The notes under the pieces were generated by a model. That model saw only the letters and a program-made list of their open reading frames with translations. It was not told the origin of the DNA and searched no databases. Made by a program: the position numbers and the translations under genes. Below are positions 40,440 through 53,017 of a stretch of 64,000 nucleotides of DNA, piece by piece. The DNA comes from Octopus sinensis (Eukaryota). Location: the NCBI RefSeq assembly GCF_006345805.1, contig NC_043013.1, positions 34,658,001 through 34,722,000 of the forward strand, read 5' to 3'. The stretch's first letter is position 1. Every line of letters begins with the position of its first letter.

Positions 40440-40696
40440 TGATGAAATAATTGGAAGAAAGAAGCTGGAAACTGTAGTGAAGAAGCGGCTCAACGAACAG
40501 TCAGCAGAATTTTATGGGGGACGTATACATGTTCTCATTCAAAGGTGGAACATTGCTATTGAGAGAAATGGTGACTCTGTTGAGAAGTAGGGATGTGATC
40601 CACAGAGGACCAGCTTCATTTTGATGTATGATACATGTTCCAGTGTTGATAATATACCTGTCCTAAAAAATGGCATCACTTTTTGACTCACCCTCA
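40440..40696 (+). mobile_element. Mariner transposon 3' fragment
   Basis: Translates ..LNEQSAEFYGGRIHVLIQRWNIAIERNGDSVEK* (mariner C-terminus); TIR-like ACTTTTTGACTCACCCTC followed by TA. Confidence 0.75.
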
Positions 40697-40727
40697 TATA
40701 TATAAGAAAAGATAAAATTTATTATCT

Positions 40728-40763
<36 letters not shown>

Positions 40764-40903
40764 TATATATATATGCTCAACACACACATATATGTAAGAA
40801 TATACACAAATATACTCATATACAAATATAAATATATTTACATGTGAACAAATAGTTTTCTGATGTACACGGGGTACACATTTTCATATTCATGCTTCAA
40901 TAA

Positions 40904-41007
<104 letters not shown>

Positions 41008-41253
41008 ATGTGTATATATATATATATATATTTGTGTGTGTGTGTGTATGCATCCATGCATGTGTATGTATGTACCTGCGTATATCCTCGATTTCTATGA
41101 GCATTTTTACATTACTTTTTTACTTTCTCCCCTCTGCTTTTTTCCCCTTATTTAACAGTTATTCTAATAGCTCTATTGTCTTAAAAACAGTCAATTACAT
41201 AGTAATTTCCCTTTGTTTAACAGTTATTTTCATAGCATTTTTCGATTGCCTCT

Positions 41254-41309
41254 ATAACTGATGAGATGCCAGAGGTTTCCTCCCCAACATCCAAAACTCA
41301 GAGTCTTAT
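41254..41309 (+). ncRNA. Hammerhead motif, family 6 (probable G12A inactivation)
   Basis: ATAA-CTGATGA-GATG..CATC-c-AAAA-CTC-A-GA-GTC-TTAT; stems I, II and III are all present, but GAAA reads AAAA after C (consistent with CpG decay). Confidence 0.65.
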
Positions 41310-41346
41310 TATGGCAACCGAATAATTGTCACAAATTATATTACAG

Positions 41347-41397
<51 letters not shown>

Positions 41398-41769
41398 TCA
41401 CAGACTTCCATCAGCCAATTTCATCCACATAACATTGGTCAGTGCAAGGCTATAGTAATAGTAGAAAATGCCTGATCAAAGTCAGCAACATAACCACACC
41501 ATCTCCTCTCTACTCCAATCCTACTCAGCCATGGTGTCATTTTTATTGTCTTGCTCGCTACTTGGTGGGGGGCTTCACTGGTAAAAAAAATTGTACCCAG
41601 TACACACTGTCAAGTGGTTGGCATTAAGGAGGGCATCCAGTCATAGAGACCATACCGAAGCAGACACTTGAGCTTAAAGCAGTCCTCTGGCTTGCTGAAT
41701 CCTGATAAGCTGTCTAACTTATTCCAGCCTGGAAGATGGATGGTAAATGATAATGAGGAGGAAGATTAA

Positions 41770-42415
41770 GAGCATTTGGTTGTCAGAAACCTCTGTCAGA
41801 CAAAATGCTGTGCAATATTTTTTGTTTTTTTTTGGCAGTTCAAATCCCACTGACATCAACTTTGCTTCTTTCCTCCTTCCAAGGGGTCAATGAAAAAAAG
41901 CATCATTCAATTATAGGCATCTCTGATATTAGCTAAGCCCCTCCCATCAAATCTATTGTTTTTGTGCCTTACTTACAATGGTCATTGCTATAGACACAAG
42001 GCCTGAAATTTTGGTGGGAATGGGGTTAGTCAATTACATCAACCCCACTGTTTGACTGATACCTAATTTATCGACCCTGAAAGAATGTAAGGCAAAGTCG
42101 ACCTTGGCAGAATTTGAACTCAGAATGTAAAGATAGACGAAATGACACTAATCATTTTGTCTGGCCTGCTAACGACTCTGTCAGCTTGCTACCTTAATTA
42201 CAAATAATCCTTTCTATTATAGGCAGAAGGCCTAAGATTCTGGGGAGGGGATAGTCAATTACATCAGCCTCAGTGCTCCACTGGTAATTATTTTATCGAC
42301 TCCCCAAAAGGACGAAAGGTAAAGTCGACCTCAGTGGAATTTGACGAAATACCACTTATCATTTTGTATGTCACGCTAATGTTTCTGTCAGCTTGCCACC
42401 TTAATTACAAATAAT
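41770..42415. mobile_element. Family-B SINEs: one (+) copy then two tandem (-) copies
   Basis: The minus copies share the flank CTTGC.ACCTTAATTACAAATAAT at 42185 and 42392 (207-bp period). Confidence 0.7.
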
Positions 42416-42873
42416 AATTATTATTATCATTAAATGACCCTTGAGACTAATAACAAAAAAATGATTGTTATTATTACTGGCAGTAGTAGTAGTAATAGTA
42501 GTAGTAGTTGCTTGTAATGATACTGATATCTATAGCAGATATTCACGTATCCTCTCCTTTACCTCTTCAAAATGTTTGTCTTTTTACTTTTCCTCAGATT
42601 TCTGTATCCTTTCTTATATTTCCTAGCCTAAATCATCATCATCATCATCATCTTAATCACATCAACCTGTCTCTTCTCTTATTCTATTTGCTTCTCTTTC
42701 CATCCACCCCGCCCCCACTTCACTTTTTTTCTTTTTCTGTTTTTCTACTTTTATATAACTTTTAACAATTAATGACACTATGTCAAAAGATGCTCTTAGC
42801 AAAACTCTCATTAATTACAGCTTGATTATCAAAATATACTGTTTGTCTCGTCAATGTTTAATTTATTGTTTTA

Positions 42874-42917
<44 letters not shown>

Positions 42918-43489
42918 GTATATATGTGTGTGTATATATGTACATATATATACATATATATATATGTGTATATATATGTGTGTGTATATATATATATACA
43001 TATATATATTTACACATATATACACACACTCATATACACACACACACACATATATATTTCTGTTTCCTTTTTACCTTACTTTTCTATTTGTTTTGTTTTC
43101 TTTCAGTTTCTTTTCATTGTTTTCTTTAAAAATATTTTTGACCATTATTTATTTATTTATTTATTTATTTTTCAGACTACTTAAAAACATCATACAATAA
43201 CATAAGAACAACAATGAAATAATGAACCAAAACACACACACACACGCACACACAAACATGAATACTACACTCTAAAGAACAATATAAACACACAGTTCAA
43301 ATAGCGGCAACAACACTTATAAAAAAGAAAATAAAAGGTAAAAAAGATAAAGAAGAAAACAAAACCTAGGTAGACAAAAAAAAATAATAATAAAAGAACA
43401 TCATTGCAAAACACACAACAATAACAAAAAACCAAAAATAAAACAAACACCACAATAAACATTACACTAAACAACAATAAATAAAAAAA

Positions 43490-43544
43490 ATATAAAAATA
43501 ATGATAGTAATAAGAGCAATAATAATATTAGCAGCAGCAGCAGC

Positions 43545-43619
<75 letters not shown>

Positions 43620-43636
43620 ATAATAATAATAATATA

Positions 43637-43702
<66 letters not shown>

Positions 43703-43728
43703 TAATAATAATGATAATGATAATACTG

Positions 43729-43770
<42 letters not shown>

Positions 43771-43778
43771 TGATAATG

Positions 43779-43822
<44 letters not shown>

Positions 43823-43907
43823 GATAATAATTACAACAATGATAATGATAATAATAATGAGAACAACTACAGCAATAACAATAACAATAATAATAATTAT
43901 GATGATA

Positions 43908-43940
<33 letters not shown>
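43490..43940. repeat. Long (AAT)n/(GAT)n microsatellite
   Basis: Directly visible. Confidence 0.95.
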
Positions 43941-44450
43941 ACAAAACACACAAGACAATTGAAAAACATATTTTCTAATAGCTTGTTTCTGATAGTTTAA
44001 GATGATTTGTGTTCAAATGATAAATTAGTTTAACAAGTTTTGCTATTGATGAGTTTATCATAGAGAAAATAAATAAATAAATAAATAAATAAACAAAATA
44101 AATAAAATAAACAAATAAAATAAACCAAGAACAACAACAAATCACACAGATACAGTCACAGAAACATTTATACATGGCTGCACAGATATACACCTAAGAT
44201 CACACACACACACACACACTCATACAAACACATATACACACACTTAAATAGACAGGCACATATACACAGGTAAATGTCCCCAGCTTCATTATAGTTTTAA
44301 TGTTACTGTCAAATTATATTTGAACTAATCAAAGTCATACTTAGGACTATTTTACATCAATTCAATAGTTTTGAGTGCATTTATATATATTTGTCTTTTA
44401 GAGGTTGTTTCTGTACGTATGAATAAACAAATGAATGAATGACTGCTTAT

Positions 44451-44890
44451 ATCTATATATATATAAGTGTGTAATGGTGTCTGTCTATGTATGTGTGTTT
44501 GGGGTTACTCTAACTCCTCCCACGCCGTCCAACTGATTTTAATGATTTTTAGCACACCAGTAGATCACACGCCCTGAAGTTCAAATAAGGCTATTCAATA
44601 ATGCTCAGTTGGTATCGATTTTTGTGAGCTCAGTTGGGTGTCTGAATGGAAATTCCCATAATGATGTTATTTGTTCTTGCAGTTTTTGCATTTTTTCACA
44701 TGTAAAATTTCAACAAAAACGACAGAATAGTCTTTAAGGAAATGCTTATTTACATTTGTGTCCTCTTCAAGCCCTCTTGAATTAAATAAACACCTTATGC
44801 ATCACCCTCACCACAAACTTGATCTACATCTCAAATTTCATTGAAATTGGATCAATAATGAAAAAGTTACGGCAAAAAATAAAATTTATT
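44451..44890 (+). mobile_element. Possible Helitron/Helentron-type non-autonomous relic
   Basis: Starts A|TCTATATATAT...GTCTGTCT like 9721, with CTGATTTTAATGATTTTT / CAAATTTCATTGAAATTGG motifs; 3' end not found. Confidence 0.4.
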
Positions 44891-45174
44891 ACTTCAGCCT
44901 CACTTCGCTGCACCATTGAACACATCGTCGATGGCGGCAAAAGCTCTGCTCCATCAACAAAACTCTACCGCCTGCTCTGGCCATTTTACTTCTGCCTGCC
45001 ACATACCTACTCATCCTGCAACAGCCTGCTGAACCAGATATAACATCTTAATGGGTAATACTTGGCATGGTGAACATAGAAGATTTCAATACAAGGTTAG
45101 ATATGGGCTTAAATCCAACATGGAAAACATGAACAAGCCTGGGCCCATATATATATATATATATATATATATTA

Positions 45175-45520
45175 GCATCATCATTTAACGTCTGTTGCCC
45201 ATGCTGGCATGGGTTGGACAGTTTGACCAGGGCTGGTAAACTGGAAGTCTGCACCAGACTCCAGTCTGATTTAGTCTGGTTTTCTACGGCTGGATGCCCT
45301 TCTTAATAGCAACCACTCTGAAAGTTTAATAGTTGCTTTTATGTGCCACTGGCATGGGTACCATTTGCATGACACCGGTATCTGCCATGACTGTTATTTT
45401 CCTCAGCTTGATGGGTCTTCTTCTGAAGCACAACATAATGCCAACAGTCTCAGTCTTTGCCTCTGTGAGGCCCAACATTCAAAAGGAACTCAACCCTTTT
45501 GCCTCCATGAGGCCCGATGC
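45175..45520 (-). mobile_element. RTE LINE 3' end (ORF tail, UTR and (GAT)n)
   Basis: Minus strand encodes a degenerate LGLTEA..W.Y.VL.K segment followed by the tail also used by the SINEs. Confidence 0.6.
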
Positions 45521-45547
45521 ATATATATATATATATATATATATATG

Positions 45548-46105
45548 GCAAGCGCAAGTGAGACCATAACATTGTGGCCTATGCCAGGGGTGTAACCAGT
45601 CCACTTACATGTGCCTTTCCTTCATTGGACACAAAACTCTGCTTGCAAAGACTTGTTGAGGCAATCAAATTCGATGACTGGCATCCGTGCTAGTGGAGCG
45701 CTAAGAGAACCATATGAGTGAGATCAGGGCCAGAGCAACAAGCTGGCCTCTGAGCCGATGGCATGTTAAAAACACCATTTGAGTGTGATCGTCACCTGCA
45801 TCACCTACTAGTACTTGTGCTGGTGGCACATGAAAAAATATTCAGGTGAGGTCGCTGACAGTGCTACTGGACTGGCTCCTGTTGCCACTACTGCCTGACT
45901 GGCCCTCGTGCCAGTGGCTAATAAAAGCACTCACTACACTCTCAGAGTGGTTGACATTAGGAAGGGCATCCAGCTGTAGAAACTCTGTCAGATCAGATTG
46001 GAGCCTGGTGCAGCCATCTGGTTTGCCAGACCTAAATCAAATCGTCCAACCCATGCTAACATGGAAAGCGGACGTTAAGTGATGATGATGATGATGATGA
46101 TGATA
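45548..46105 (+). mobile_element. SINE or non-autonomous element with RTE-type tail
   Basis: Colinear with 54540-54961; ends GGACGTTAAG(TGA)n. Confidence 0.75.
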
Positions 46106-46119
46106 TATATATATATATA

Positions 46120-46482
46120 TTTTTTTTTTCTTTAATTCTTTAAAATGTTTCAGTTTCAAAGCTGCAGTCATGCTGGGGCACCACCGTTGACTGAGCAACA
46201 CCATTATTTGAAACCTCCTCCAACATGTGGCATTTGGTCAATGAGGGAGTTCGATGCTGCTGCCCACATCTGTGTTTCCTGCTGCTAGGTAGGCTCTTAT
46301 GGAACCCTTGACAGGAAGAGATCCAGTTTTGTTTTAAAGGAAATTACATCCACACCATGCAGGTCTCTCAGGCATTTTGGATGGATATTGATGAGCTGTG
46401 AGCCCTTGAAGCCCAAGCCGTTGCAGTATCTGGTCCTGTATTTTGATGGCGATACTAGGATTTTTGGCACTATGCAATGATA
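46120..46482 (-). mobile_element. CR1/L2/Jockey-group LINE 3' fragment
   Basis: ORF 46297-46488 ..GFKGSQLINIHPKCLRDLHGVDVISFKTKLDLFLSRVP resembles the N.LP..L...SFK.KLD.FL ORF2 C-terminus; the 3' UTR ends like the family A SINE tail. Confidence 0.65.
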
Positions 46483-46497
46483 TATCATATATTTATG

Positions 46498-46544
<47 letters not shown>

Positions 46545-46546
<2 letters not shown>

Positions 46547-47325
46547 AAAAGACATAGTATTGGGTATTCTATAATTCATTGTGGCACTCTGTCTGTTACA
46601 ACAACAAGAGTTTCAGTTGATCCGATCAATGGAACAGCCTGCACATGAAATTAATGTGCAAGTGACTGAGCACTCCACAGACACATGTACCTTTAGTGTA
46701 GTTCTTGGGGAGATTCAGCAATGACACAGAGTGTGACAAAGCTGGCCCTTTGAAATACAAGTACAACAGAAACATGAAGAAAGTGTGAGAGCAAGTTGTG
46801 GTGAAAGAGTACAGCAGGGTTCGCCACCCCACCCATTGTCAGAGCCTCATAGAGCTTTAGGTGTTTTCACTCAATAAACACTCACAATGCCCAGTCTGGG
46901 AATTGAAACTGCGATCCTATGACTGCAAGTCCACTGCCGTAACCACTGGGCCACTGCACCTCCACATTCTATAATTATATAGAATAGGATATGGTGGTAA
47001 GTATCTTAATGTTGTCCTTTTGTCACAAGGGCTCCTTGGTGATAGTGAAGCCCACCAATACTACAAGAGGAAAATATAGTATTGGGTATTCTATAATAAT
47101 ATAGAATAGGATATGATCATTACTATCTTTAGGCTGTGCATTTGTCACAAGGGTTTGTTAGTGATTGTGAAATCCACTAGAGAAAATATAGTATTGGGTA
47201 TTCTATAATGATAGAGAATAGGATATGATCATTACTATCTTTAGGTTGTGCTTTTGTCACAAGGGCTCTCTTACTGATAGTGAAATCCACAAGAGAAATA
47301 TATAGTATTGGGTATTCTATAATAA
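46545..47325. repeat. ~112-120-bp minisatellite (about 3.3 units) interrupted by a SINE
   Basis: TAGTATTGGGTATTCTATAAT at ~46555, 47077, 47189 and 47303. Confidence 0.85.
46577..46965 (-). mobile_element. Full-length family C SINE with 11-bp TSD
   Basis: TSD ATTCTATAATT at 46566-46576 and 46966-46976. Confidence 0.9.
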
Positions 47326-47969
47326 TGTTATGTTAACAAGTAACAGTTAATGATGTGAGATTACATGCAATTTTACAAGAGTTTGATGCTCGTGTTTACT
47401 GGCCTGTAGTAGAACAACTCACACTTAAAATGTGTATGAAATGATTTCATTTCTCAATAACTTCTGAAGTGTGAAATGCATCATTGGTTGGATATTGGCA
47501 AACTATTTTTACACTCCAGGAGTCTCTGTAATCAGTAATGTCATTATTAAGAATCAAAACCTCATGTGTTAAAAGATAAGTTTCCAGTCTTTTGATAATT
47601 TTTGTTTTTATCTATTCTGAAAGATATCTTAGATTTATGAAGCCAGTTGTGAAGATAAATGGATTTATTTCCATTAATTCTGGTTATTCTGATGAAAAAC
47701 AGAATGGTCTGAACTTACTAAAGAGCAGGTTAAAGGTGACATTACCTACTAATCAAAAACAAAAATATTCCATCTATCAAAATAAAGAAATGACAAAAAG
47801 ATACTCAGAGAATGAACAAGGCCTTTATTCTTTGAAACAACTGACTAGACAACCTGCTAATGACTTTGTCATTTCTCTTCAACAAGTATCAAAATATTTG
47901 AAGTTTCTTATTACAAGTGAAGTAGAATGTTTTGGGGATGCTTTTTGTCAAAGCCTTAAAGGGAAATCC

Positions 47970-48410
47970 GGATCTTTTCGGTTTGAACAGCAGTTTTTTC
48001 TAGCAGTGTCATACGAAATTGTCACCCATAATTATGACCCTAGTATCGATCTATTGCATTTCAATCTGTTTTAGGGTTAGGGTTAGTTAGGGTTAATTAG
48101 GGTTAGGGGTAGGGGGAAAGGGTATCTTTTTTTCTTCAGAAATGTAAATAAACCCAATCTGTTTCTTAAACGAGGGACATATTCATACGGCACAGAATGT
48201 TTTTTTTACATTAATGGACGTAATTGATTGGTTGAAATTGCAGAAATTGAAGAAAAAAATACGACAAATATCTTACAAACTATAGAATTTTCTCAATAAA
48301 GCCAAGAGAAAAAGATGTTTTATAAACACATTCTACCAGTATACGAAGTTAAAAATCTTTTAGTTACCTAGAAATTATGTTAAAAACTGCTGTTCAAACC
48401 GAAAAGATCT
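47970..48410. mobile_element. MITE with 29-bp TIRs, 8-bp TSD and internal TTAGGG repeats
   Basis: TIR (G/A)GATCTTTTCGGTTTGAACAGCAGTTTTT; TSD GGAAATCC at 47962-47969 and 48411-48418. Confidence 0.9.
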
Positions 48411-48521
48411 GGAAATCCTCTACAAGTAATAAACCATAGCTTTTCTATTACCTTATGAAATTGGTAAAAGCTTTACTTTACAGGATAGATTTTCTGTAGT
48501 CCAAGAGCAAAAGTCTATGCA

Positions 48522-48793
48522 GGTGTGGCTGTGTTGTAAGAAGTCTGCTTTCCAACCACATGATTCTGGGTTCAGTCCACTGTGTGGCACCTTGGGCAAG
48601 TGTTTTCTACTATAGCTTTTGGCTGACTAAAGCCTTGTGAGTGGATGTGATAGATGGAAAGGAAACTGAAAGAAGCCAAGCCTATTGTGTGTACATGCAT
48701 TTGTGTGTGTGTGTGTTCATGTTTGTGTTTGTTGTCCACTACCACTTGACAACCAATGCAGGTGTGTTTACATCCCTGCAACTTAGTGGCTCA

Positions 48794-48836
<43 letters not shown>

Positions 48837-48980
48837 GAGAGAGAGAGAGATACTGTTAATAAAAAAAAGCATTAAAAGAAATTAAATCCTGGAGCTGAAA
48901 CAGTTGACTGAGATTCTTCACGGTAGTGCCCCAGCATGGCCACAGTCTAATGACTGACACAGGTAAAAGATAAAAGATAC
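48522..48980 (+). mobile_element. Full-length SINE family A with internal (GA)n
   Basis: Head and tail match 20776-21165. Confidence 0.8.
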
Positions 48981-50354
48981 CAGTGCTATGGATTATTTTA
49001 AAACATTTTACCATCTTTGAAGCGACTAAATGATTGCTGTTTGAAGATAAAAAGGAAATACCAACTTTTACTAGAATCAGAAGTGAAATTTTCAATGATT
49101 TAAAGCAGTTTAACTTATTGGCTTATGATGAGATGACAAGATGAAAATAAAAGTATCTTTGATGAAGATTTGCAAGTCTTGTTTTCAAATATGATCAAGA
49201 TAGGCATGGACGTGGCTGTGAGATAAGTTATTTGCTTCCAAACCACATGGTTCTTAGGCTCAATTCCACTGCAGTGGTCACCTTGGGCAAGTACTACAGC
49301 TGGTTTACTACAGCTTTGGGCTGACCAAAACCTTTTGAGTGAAGTTTGATAGATGACAACTGAAAGAAGCTAATCATGTATGTGTGTGTGTGTGTGTGTA
49401 TAATGGATAATAAAAAGAATGTTTTACACCTGGTCGCTTACTGGTAAAGCACTGGCACTTTCACAGTGATCGTTATGTATATTCCATCTTCCATCTTTCA
49501 TTTGCCATATATATATATATATGTATATATCTTCCAAGTAAGTTTATATTAATAATTCTGATGTGCAATTGATATGACCTTTTTACTCTTGTTTTTCGCT
49601 CTTTCTCTTTCTTATTCTTTTACATCCTCTTCTCCCAATCTTTCCAATGTTGGAAAGAAATGACCTGTTGTAGAGAGCTAGAAGCATTTGAAATAATCAG
49701 ATCATTTTCATTAGTGCAAAAGCTGAAATTTCTTATTGATAAGCAAGAACTTCTATTTAATGATTGACCTAAATCTGCTACTAGAATGTGTCATTGGTGT
49801 ATCAAAATTCTTATATGAAGTGCAACACCACCCAAGAAGAGAGAATTTGGCAGCAGAGACCTGACGGCGAATGTCTGAAAATTACTTAACCCTGTCATAC
49901 AGTATTCCCACTATAATGGGAATAGGATAAACATCATATTTGCTGGATTCCTGGTAAAGCGGTAATGAATGACACATGCAGGAAAAGAAGATGCACCTGA
50001 TCCTTGCTAAGGTTATCTCTACAGATATTCTATAGAAATTATAAATTTTTGCTACAATGTTTCATATCCAAAAATAACAAAATCAGTGATGGCATTGATT
50101 TTTATAGAATATCTGTTAAGATAACCTTAACAAGTGATGTATATCGCACTGCTATCACAAGAGAAGATGGTACTGACTTATAAAAATGTTTAATATACTT
50201 TATAAGTATATCATGGTTGCATTATGAAATACTACATCTCTACAAGTCATTATTGATAGCAGCCAGTTCTGTCTGTTAGTTTGTCTGCAATTGTTACTCT
50301 TGAGCTGTATATGCAACTATTTATTCTTTTGCATGGGAGCCCAGGTGAAGGATG

Positions 50355-50655
50355 TGGAGGTACACGGCCCAATGGCTAGAGCAGCAGACTCACAGTCGAG
50401 GAATCATAGGTTCAAATCTCAGACCGGGTGATGTGTGTGTTTATGAGCGAAACACTTAAGCTCCACGCGACTCCGGTAGAAGGTAATGGCGAACTTCTGC
50501 TGACTCTTTCACCACAACTTTTTCTCACTCTTTCCTCTTGCATCTTGCAGCTCACCTGCGACAGACCGGTGTCCCATCCATGTGGGGAACCTATACACCA
50601 AGGAAACCAGGAAACCGGCCCTTATGAGCCAGACAAAGCTCGAGAAGGAACAAAC
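50355..50655 (+). mobile_element. tRNA-derived SINE (family C-related)
   Basis: GTGGAGG.. head, B box GGTTCAAATCTC, 3' part similar to the 249-bp trimer unit. Confidence 0.7.
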
Positions 50656-51874
50656 AGGTGGAGAATGGAATTAAATCCAGGTGTGAGTGGGTTAACTTAA
50701 TGAATTAATGTCAAATTACAAAGTTATAAAACATTTGTTTAAACTTGTAAAGAGTTTATAACATTCTGGCTTTGATAGAGAAGTTGTTTGAAAGAAAAGA
50801 TTCACTTTAAAGATCATACAAAATAAATGTGCATCTCAGATCAAAGTAGATCATGCGAAAGAGGCCAAGGTGAAAACATTTCATTTCAGCAACATTACAA
50901 TTGACCAACTTTCAATATCAACAAAACCTTGGCAATGACTGTCAATGGATATTGTGGGACAAGAAATAAATAAAAGAGAAAAATAAATAAATAGGAAAAT
51001 AGATAAATAGAAATGAAAAATAAAATAAATAAATAAAATATAAATAGAAACTAAAATGAAAACCTCATGGATTTGGTTTGTGTTCTTTGAGTTTATATGT
51101 TACTTTTTTTGCATTCACCTAAAGAAAAGGTATTTCATTTCTCAAGCGATTATTTCATACTTGTTCCCATTATGCACTCAATTAAATCTAACGCAAACGA
51201 GATGATAAAACACGACAAAGAACTTTCATTTGCTTTAAATGAATATAAGATGATTGCCTCCTAGAACTTGAAATGTGCAATCACCTCGTAACACAAAATG
51301 CTTAACATTACAAGTTGTTCAACAGTGGAAACTTCAAGTGATTTCATCCTTAATTTTCTGACATTAACAGAATGAATTCCTTTGAAAAAAAAAAAATCGA
51401 TTTAAAAAAGAAAAAATGTTGAGGACAAAAAAAAAAGTCAATTAATTAACAAGGTGATAGTAATTGAAGAACTGTCTAACTAGCATGTTCTAATTTAATT
51501 TGCAACTTGAAGGCATAATTCAGTCTCAACAAGCCATTTATCTTGAACTCCTAAACCTGAAATCCATAACATTGAAGAATGCAGAAAACCCTTTAGTCAT
51601 TTCAGTTGGTCTCAACCAAACACGGCCACTCATGTGGCAATGATGATAATAACAGCAATGACAATAACATAAGCTGAGCAGCAATAGACGATGTTGATAA
51701 CATATCCGATCATCACAAATACAATTACACCAAACTATTGTAACAGATTCATAAGAATGAAAAGAATAATTGCAGAAAAGTTGTGCAATGCAGGAGATCA
51801 TAAAAACACACACTAATAATAAAACACACAATAATAAAAATAATGAAATTTTATCTCAACCATTTTGTCATATT

Positions 51875-52158
51875 CTTTTGTTTTGGTCATTTGACTGCAG
51901 CCATGCTGGAGCACTCCCTTGAATGGTTTTTAGTTGAGCAAATCGGCTCTATGACTTATTTTGATTTTCTAAAGCCTAGTACGTATTCTGTTGGTCTCTT
52001 TGCTGAACCACTAAGTTATGGGGATGTAAACACACCAACACCAGTTGTTGAGTGGTGATGGGGTACAAAGGTAGACACAAAGACACTCACACAAATATAT
52101 ATCCATATACAGACACACACACGCACACATATATATGTGCATGTATATATAAATATTT

Positions 52159-52189
<31 letters not shown>

Positions 52190-52330
52190 CATACATACAT
52201 ACATACATATCGTGAAATATATTTGCCACCTAAATGTGGCTAACCCATAAGAGTTGATGTTACTGTAGCTTGCAGCCCCAGGAAGACATCTCCTCCAGCT
52301 GGCTATTGACACACTTTCTGAGCCCTATCA

Positions 52331-52380
<50 letters not shown>

Positions 52381-52545
52381 ATACGATGGGCTTCTTTCAG
52401 TTTCTGTCTACCAAATCCACTCAAGGCTTTGGTTGGCCCAAGGCTAAAGTAGAAGACACTTACCTAAGGTGCCATGCAGTGGGACTGAACCTGAAACCAT
52501 AAGGTTGAGAAGCTAGCTTCTTACCACGCAGCAACACCTGCACCT
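51875..52545 (-). mobile_element. Family A SINE split by (CA)/(TA) expansion and an unrelated insert
   Basis: Tail at 51875-52110, head at 52380-52545. Confidence 0.7.
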
Positions 52546-53017
52546 AAATATCGATATTTAATAAATGTTTGTGCTACTCACAAATTACTTTTGTGACATC
52601 TTTTGTTTCTTTTTCTGCTCTTCATTTTCGTCATGCAGTAACTGTAGTACTGGATATTCTATAGTTATAGTAAACACTAACAGTAGGATGTTATGAGATC
52701 ATTCTACACAAGTTCAATTTTCAAGTCACCTGGCTTGAAGATGAATGACTTATTTGTTGTGTTTCATAACCACATTCTTTTGGGTCCACCCCACCACTGT
52801 GTAACAGTTGCAACATGTGCCTTTAACTTATAGCATCAGACTTACCAAAGATTTGTAAGTAAAACTGAAAGAAGTTAATTGTGTGAACATATCAATATAA
52901 GTGTGTGTATGAGACCCTTCTCTGGATGCAATCAAAGATATCTGTGAGCATAGCTACATTCCTAATGTATACATGAAAACAATATTCAGTTATAGGCCTC
53001 AACTGAAGCATGTAGAA

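Noticed and set aside
43265-43969. 234-aa hydrophobic ORF
   Set aside because: Read-through of an (AAT)n array.
46545-47325. CRISPR-like periodic repeat
   Set aside because: The intervening sequences are also homologous, so this is a minisatellite; the context is eukaryotic.
47592-48074. 160-aa ORF
   Set aside because: Starts at TTG, runs across a MITE boundary and has no recognisable motif.
48071-48110. Chromosome end or fusion site
   Set aside because: The few TTAGGG units lie inside a TSD-flanked MITE.
51538-51831. Cys-rich ORF or hydrophobic terminal exon on the minus strand
   Set aside because: The composition is explained by degenerate (AAT/AAC) repeats; no recognisable homology.
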